This document shows positions 60,001-64,000 of a stretch of 64,000 bases of DNA, in pieces. A model generated the notes under the pieces. The model ran no database searches, was not told the DNA's origin, and saw nothing but the letters and a program-made list of their open reading frames with translations. The stretch is taken from NCBI RefSeq assembly GCF_011745625.1, contig NW_027191466.1, positions 248,001 through 312,000 on the forward strand, given 5' to 3'. The DNA comes from Cladosporium halotolerans. Taxonomy: Eukaryota. Made by a program: the position numbers and the translations under genes. How positions within the stretch are numbered: position 1 is the stretch's first letter; the number at the start of each line of letters is the position of its first letter.

Positions 60001-60986
60001 GGCTTCAGATCAACGCGCGTTTCTCGACCAGTCTGGAGACCAAGGCACAGCTCCGTAACACAATCTCGCGCCTGAGAGACCAATTAGCCGGGGAAGAAGG
60101 CAGGTCGAGAGAACTCATAGCCAATCTCGCAACATTCCAGGCCGAGAACGAAGACATACGGAGTGAAGTCAGCGAGCTCCGCACACGCGTCAGCGACGAG
60201 TTCAAAGAGCGCCAAAGACTCGAGCACACGATTCGCGAGCTGCAAGCGCAGGCTCGTGTGATCGAGCGTCGAGAATTACTCTTGCGAACAGAGAGCGGCA
60301 ACGACGTCAATGCGCTCGGACGCGGTGACATGTCGAACGACAATCGCCGCGTGTCCATGCATTCACCCATCGCAGCGCCGTCTGGCTTGCGTGAGCTCAA
60401 ACTTGGCCGGCGCGAGAGCAGCTCATCCGTGCAGTCTCTGCGTGCTGCGAGATCGGTTTCTACTAACCGCAACCCGTCCCCTTCGCAGCCCGTTGTCACC
60501 TCACCGACGCCCCTCAGCGGAGGGTTCGGCGATAGAACCTCTTCCCTGCAGGCACAGACGCCACCTGAGCCTGAACCTGCAGCCGATGAAAACCTCCTCC
60601 TCGAGCTCGTCAATGCGAAGACATCTGAAGCGCAGGCGCGACAAGAAGTCGACGAGCTCCGCCGCAGTCTGGCCGTGCAAAGGCGGAAGCAGGAGGAGGA
60701 GAAGCGAAACCAGGAAGAAGCCCTTCGTCGCATTACCGCGGAGCTGGAGACGGCGAAGGCCGAGACTCAGGCTTGGAAGGCTGCAGAGAGCAAGGCTGTC
60801 GCGGAGAAGAGCCAGGACAGTCTCCCTGGGACTCCTGGAGATGACGGCGGTGTTAGTCTGAACGGATCAGAAACACCGGATAAGGAGGCGAAGCCGGCTG
60901 TCGCGTCTGCTGCGAGCACGGTTGGAGGATGGTTCTGGGGAAGGAGGACTGCCAGTACCAACCAGGCGAAGGTGATGACGCCTTGA
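57027..60986 (+). CDS. GYP5: Rab GTPase-activating protein, TBC domain plus coiled coils (Gyp5/EVI5-like), ~1319 aa; start uncertain
   Basis: GIPPPLRGVVW, IxxDxxR (INKDVGRSFP), YxQ (IGYCQGLGF), SQWFLSCFA, long C-terminal coiled coil. Confidence 0.88.
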   Translation: MHEEESKMLADQPAMSTAAGKEQVVEEGVHDNSEGQRQSMEKTVGSVEQRSEVGDHKTEAKEQESLVEEQALDKDVDKQDEKAIERKPLEEALDKQGNSAVGRKSLDDDLHQQDDVVVKGESLDEDLDKEDDVVVKRESLDEVSDKQDESSIERKSLDEEPDKPDAVRDSSPESDVVNRPSLDTSEGSDDPTEKALSDDGSSQDKKLSLDTSNTTNEGETTPEVSDGESTDSLASELVESPNPQTPTTPEGIRISNASMTSVPLSETDMSYDHLSAEQVEDFLATPRNNGSKHIRRPSSLEILQGGWEPARQSTLFDANKPSAPVTPELLQGETMGAAQGVTSAAKGHESSRAQSIASSNVTPTRGSQSSEDEANEVDWKQLERHEWQEKSDKEIPEGAEDDSTAFLLARLEQENAILNSDPKAATHKHVKKRGRGQSRPPSMAHLRKLVTQTDAPSIRYSMAPEMLPEEPPPMTELEFWTALVQDYPSTAARLPTLTTSKIRAGIPPPLRGVVWASMAGARDRSLEDAFDRLLDEKSPYEGIINKDVGRSFPGVDLFRDAGGDGQKMLGRVLKCFSLHDKDIGYCQGLGFLVGPLLMNMGEREAFCTLVRLMDHYSLQPSFLPSLSGLHMRIYQFSALLKQLCPDLSNHLNEMGVEPAYLSQWFLSCFAVTCPLPMLFRMYDVIFAEGANETVMRVALAIMRRNEQKLLASSEFEEVMHLLLGRTVFDSYGCNADELVDDFTSLDDVITHARLAELEKEFEMQSKEAVGEKAGFLPDVQAAASRFLGRLWAPSHSSTKSTSTLSPNSAEKDRNSRLRRSASKQSISTINDSNDGSSSGVVSLASTAPTETDADMARESMAETMSFKSKADSVRTQSATPVPGLSKEDRDMHSQIEDLLTALSEMQREHAQLAAMLQKEREDRNDDHRVVRQLVNRIQNGEEESSTTPEERRRTMQPPPRNHTHHRQLSQPVKPQNGPKQELNDILERVNDRLQINARFSTSLETKAQLRNTISRLRDQLAGEEGRSRELIANLATFQAENEDIRSEVSELRTRVSDEFKERQRLEHTIRELQAQARVIERRELLLRTESGNDVNALGRGDMSNDNRRVSMHSPIAAPSGLRELKLGRRESSSSVQSLRAARSVSTNRNPSPSQPVVTSPTPLSGGFGDRTSSLQAQTPPEPEPAADENLLLELVNAKTSEAQARQEVDELRRSLAVQRRKQEEEKRNQEEALRRITAELETAKAETQAWKAAESKAVAEKSQDSLPGTPGDDGGVSLNGSETPDKEAKPAVASAASTVGGWFWGRRTASTNQAKVMTP
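57237..57515 (+). repeat. In-frame 51-bp (17-aa) tandem repeat, ~5.5 copies, in the acidic N-terminus of the Rab-GAP
   Basis: ALDKDVDKQDEKAIERK / PLEEALDKQGNSAVGRK / SLDDDLHQQDDVVVKGE / SLDEDLDKEDDVVVKRE / SLDEVSDKQDESSIERK / SLDEEPDK. Confidence 0.85.
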
Positions 60987-61549
60987 CGGAAGAGCGGAGG
61001 GATTGTGGATATGATGTCGAGCCTTTTTCTTTCTCATCCCATGCGTTCGCAGCGTGCTCTCGTGTTTGGCAGGTTCTGGTTCTTAGCTGGGAGGCGCTTA
61101 ATGTTTGATAATCGTTCGGGCTGCGGCCAGTGCCGTCACCAGTGCAGTTGCTGGATGCCCAGGTTCTTACTGTAGATTAAATATGTCATGCAGTGGTGCC
61201 TTGTTCATAACTTTCGGCTCGCATCAATCATTTTGCTCATCACCAGTCAAGTGTTCAGTCGCTATGTGTTGAGCTTGCCTGTATTATCATTGAACATTGT
61301 CATTGACGAAGAATTATATCGCAAGTCTTTACGCCTCTGTACTACAGGATGTGGGCGTGTACATGTCAACATGATCACAAGTTGACGGCTGCTTGTGACG
61401 AAGAGAAATCGAGCCACATCAATCAAAGCATGGGACGCGGTCGAGTTGGCATTAGCATGCATTGAACCGGCTTAAGACTGACTTTGCATTGATTGAAACT
61501 GTCAATAATTGGATTGAATTGCATCGGATCGTATAATGTGTTGGTGTTG

Positions 61550-61567
61550 CTAGGGTCAGGGTTAGGG
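61550..61567. promoter_or_regulatory. Short telomere-like (TTAGGG-type) array ~100 bp upstream of the SNU23-like ATG
   Basis: ctaggg tcaggg ttaggg. Confidence 0.4.
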
Positions 61568-61662
61568 TAAGTCTCGCAATCGGCAGGTCGGCTTCAAGCT
61601 CAAGCACCTGACGCCTTGAAAGATCCAGCTGCCACAAACACTTACCACAACGCAACGAAACC

Positions 61663-62307
61663 ATGGGTGACCGCAAAGCAGGCGCATACGGCACTTCAAC
61701 AGGCGGCGACACCGCCTTTCGCAAAACATGGGACCGCGACGAGTATGCCGCCAAAGCGGTCGAACGCGACCAGCGCATCAAAGAAGAAGGCAAAGCGCGC
61801 CACGAAGCCGCCGCAGCTGGAAAGAAATACGTTCGCCGCGCCTCGACACCGCCTGACGCGCGAGATACAGAAGCGCGCAAGGCTCGCCTCAATGTGGCCG
61901 ACCAGGTGGGCAAGACGTCAATTGTGCCGGCGGGCGCAGGACAAGGGAAACGAGGCAAGGGCGCGGGCTTTTACTGCGATGCTTGCGACTTGACGTTCAA
62001 GGACAATCTGCAGTTTGTGGAGCATCTGAACAGCAAGCAGCATCTTGTTGCTACTGGAGAGAGTGGCGAGGTGCGGAGAGCGACGCTCGAGGAGGTGAAG
62101 GATCGGTTCGAGTGGTTGAAAAGGAAGCGAGACGAGGAGACCGCGAAAGATGCGGTGGATCTTGGGACGAGGATTGAGAATGCGAGGGAGATCGAGGAGA
62201 AGGAAAGAGAGGAGAAGAGGCGGAAGAGGAATGAGAAGAGACGCAAGACCAAAGATGGCATGGGTGTGCCCGAGGTGAAAGTCGAGAATGACGGGAACAT
62301 CTTCTAA
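61663..62307 (+). CDS. SNU23: U4/U6.U5 tri-snRNP zinc-finger protein Snu23/ZMAT2, 214 aa
   Basis: FRKTWDRDEY, GFYCDACDLTFKDNLQFVEHLNSKQH matrin-type finger, RATLEEV, basic C-terminal helix. Confidence 0.9.
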   Translation: MGDRKAGAYGTSTGGDTAFRKTWDRDEYAAKAVERDQRIKEEGKARHEAAAAGKKYVRRASTPPDARDTEARKARLNVADQVGKTSIVPAGAGQGKRGKGAGFYCDACDLTFKDNLQFVEHLNSKQHLVATGESGEVRRATLEEVKDRFEWLKRKRDEETAKDAVDLGTRIENAREIEEKEREEKRRKRNEKRRKTKDGMGVPEVKVENDGNIF

Positions 62308-62746
62308 GCAGGCGAGAGTCACCGCGGAATGAAGAAGACGAGCTTGCTTGGGATAATTACTTTGCTATGGGTTAGCGAGGCGTTGGGAGACTTTGAATGT
62401 GTGCAAGGCTGCACAGTCATGATTGTATCAATGAATAAGAAACGCGAATGACAATAAACCATGAATTTGGCATAGACATCGCATCTTCTTCGCGACGGCC
62501 GCAAATTGGGACGTATCACGGCACGGCGAACTGATTATCTGTGTCATTGTATGTATTTGAGCGCATGGCAATCGGGAAACGACGGTCCTGGGGATCGAAA
62601 GATCTCTTATATCGATAGCTCCCATGTGCCGGTCGTACATGTGACAATCATCGCACTACTCACTTGCCTTTCATATGTCATTAGCCATTTCACTTATCGT
62701 CACGTGCTTCTATGAGGCTCTGCGGGTAATCATTCCCTGCATGAAG

Positions 62747-62808
62747 CGCGTCCAGGACGTGCTTCCCGCGCGCCAAAACGCCGATCGCCGAGCGCTTCAA
62801 GGTAAACA
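62747..62808 (+). promoter_or_regulatory. CGCG-core (MCB/SCB-like) elements and a forkhead-type GTAAACA site upstream of TOP2
   Basis: cgcgt 62747-62751, ttcccgcgcgccaaaa 62763-62778, gtaaaca 62802-62808. Confidence 0.4.
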
Positions 62809-62978
62809 GAAACAAACTTAGCTGCAACAGTACAACAACAAGCGCCCTTCCGCGCAGTTTAGCGCTCACTCCTTGACAATTTCTGCTTTACTTTCTCTTC
62901 GCAGCGCATGACGAGGCTTCGGTGATTCGTTCAGCGCAAGTCTACTAATCATACAGCTCAAAACCCCTCATCAGCAGG

Positions 62979-64000
62979 ATGGACTCGGACGAATCCGCGT
63001 TCGAGATGGACGCCAGCAGTGACTTCGAGCCTGCGCCCAAGGCTGTGAGTGGAGTGTTCCACTCACATGATTGTAGAGTCACATGCTGACACGTGAATAG
63101 AAGGCGAAGGCTCCAGCTAAAGCACCCGCGAAGAAAGCAGCAGCACCAAAGCCCAAGGCAACGAAGCAGACGACCCTTAAGACCACCAAAGCTCCCGCAA
63201 AGGCTGCGCCCAAGAAGCGCGCAAAACCTGATTCAGATATCGAGAACTCCGACGAGGACATGGATGACTCGATGCACGACGACACCCTTCTCTCAAATAC
63301 ACCCCCTTCCGCCAAGAAGCAGAAAAAGGCGCCCGCAGCGAAGAAGGCAGCCAGCCAGCCCCTTGCAGAGATGGAGAACGAGAGCTATGCTGTCGATGGG
63401 GCTGCAGAGGGCAAGCCTAAGGCCACGAAGAAGGGGGCGACGGATCAGTACCAGAAGCTCACTCAGCTGGAGCACATCTTGAAGCGTCCCGATACCTACA
63501 TTGGCTCAGTCGAGAGCACAACGGAGCAGATGTGGGTCTTCAACTCGGAAACTGTTGCCATGGAAAACCGCAAAGTCTCTTTCGTGCCTGGTCTGTACAA
63601 GATCTTCGACGAAATCTTGGTCAACGCTGCGGATAACAAGCAGAGGGACAAGAACATGAACGAAATGCGTGTGGAAGTGAACCGCGAGGAGGGCATGATA
63701 TCCGTGCGCAACAATGGTCGTGGTATCCCTATTGAGATGCACGAGAAAGAGGGCATCTGGATTCCCGAAATGATTTTCGGTCACCTTCTCACGTCTTCAA
63801 ACTACGACGACGAAGAAGCCAAAGTCACCGGTGGTCGCAACGGTTACGGTGCCAAGCTCACCAACATCTACAGTACGGAATTCTCTCTGGACACAGTGGA
63901 CTCGAAATCGAAGCAGAGGTACCGTCAAACATGGCGCAACAACATGGGCAACATGGAGAAAGCGCGTATCGACAAGGCGAAGGGCGATGACTACACAAAA
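62979..64000 (+). CDS. TOP2: DNA topoisomerase II, 5' part (runs off the window); join(62979..63044,63101..>64000)
   Basis: YQKLTQLEHILKRPDTYIGS, PGLYKIFDEILVNAADNK, NNGRGIP, IFGHLLTSSNYDD, GGRNGYGAKL (GHKL ATPase domain). Confidence 0.97.

Noticed and set aside
60984..61175. Stop-codon readthrough or cryptic peroxisomal PTS1 extensions (e.g. TGA CGG after the Rab-GAP)
   Set aside because: No gene end I inspected has the TGA-CTA context, and the extensions I translated do not end in an SKL-like tripeptide.

Overview
Eukaryotic (filamentous ascomycete, Pezizomycotina; probably Dothideomycete-like) genomic DNA with short GT-AG introns. I built 24 protein-coding gene models by hand. For every complete spliced gene the summed exon length is a multiple of 3. 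In order: plasma-membrane H+-ATPase PMA1; two SDRs; a small membrane protein; a Zn2Cys6 TF next to an LtnD/3-hydroxyisobutyrate-dehydrogenase-like enzyme, an L-rhamnose-mutarotase-like protein and a stand-alone DhaK (Dak1-only) protein (a putative sugar/sugar-acid catabolic cluster); a UapA/UapC-type purine permease; a small dsRBD-like protein; a conserved hypothetical protein; an AA9 LPMO; phosphoketolase; GH64; MRJP/yellow-like protein; MFS transporter; modin-like protein; GH32; cyclase-family protein; TLC-domain protein; a second Zn2Cys6 TF; Rab-GAP (Gyp5-like); Snu23/ZMAT2; and the 5' part of TOP2. The best-supported unusual signal is a nested [D1,2] spliceosomal twin intron (stwintron) in the purine permease gene, which the reading frame requires. 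The most speculative but potentially novel system is the cluster with a DhaL-less DhaK, which could be a ligand sensor or a split kinase. I recognised no tRNA, rRNA, CRISPR array or transposon. Product names come from motif recognition, not database searches.
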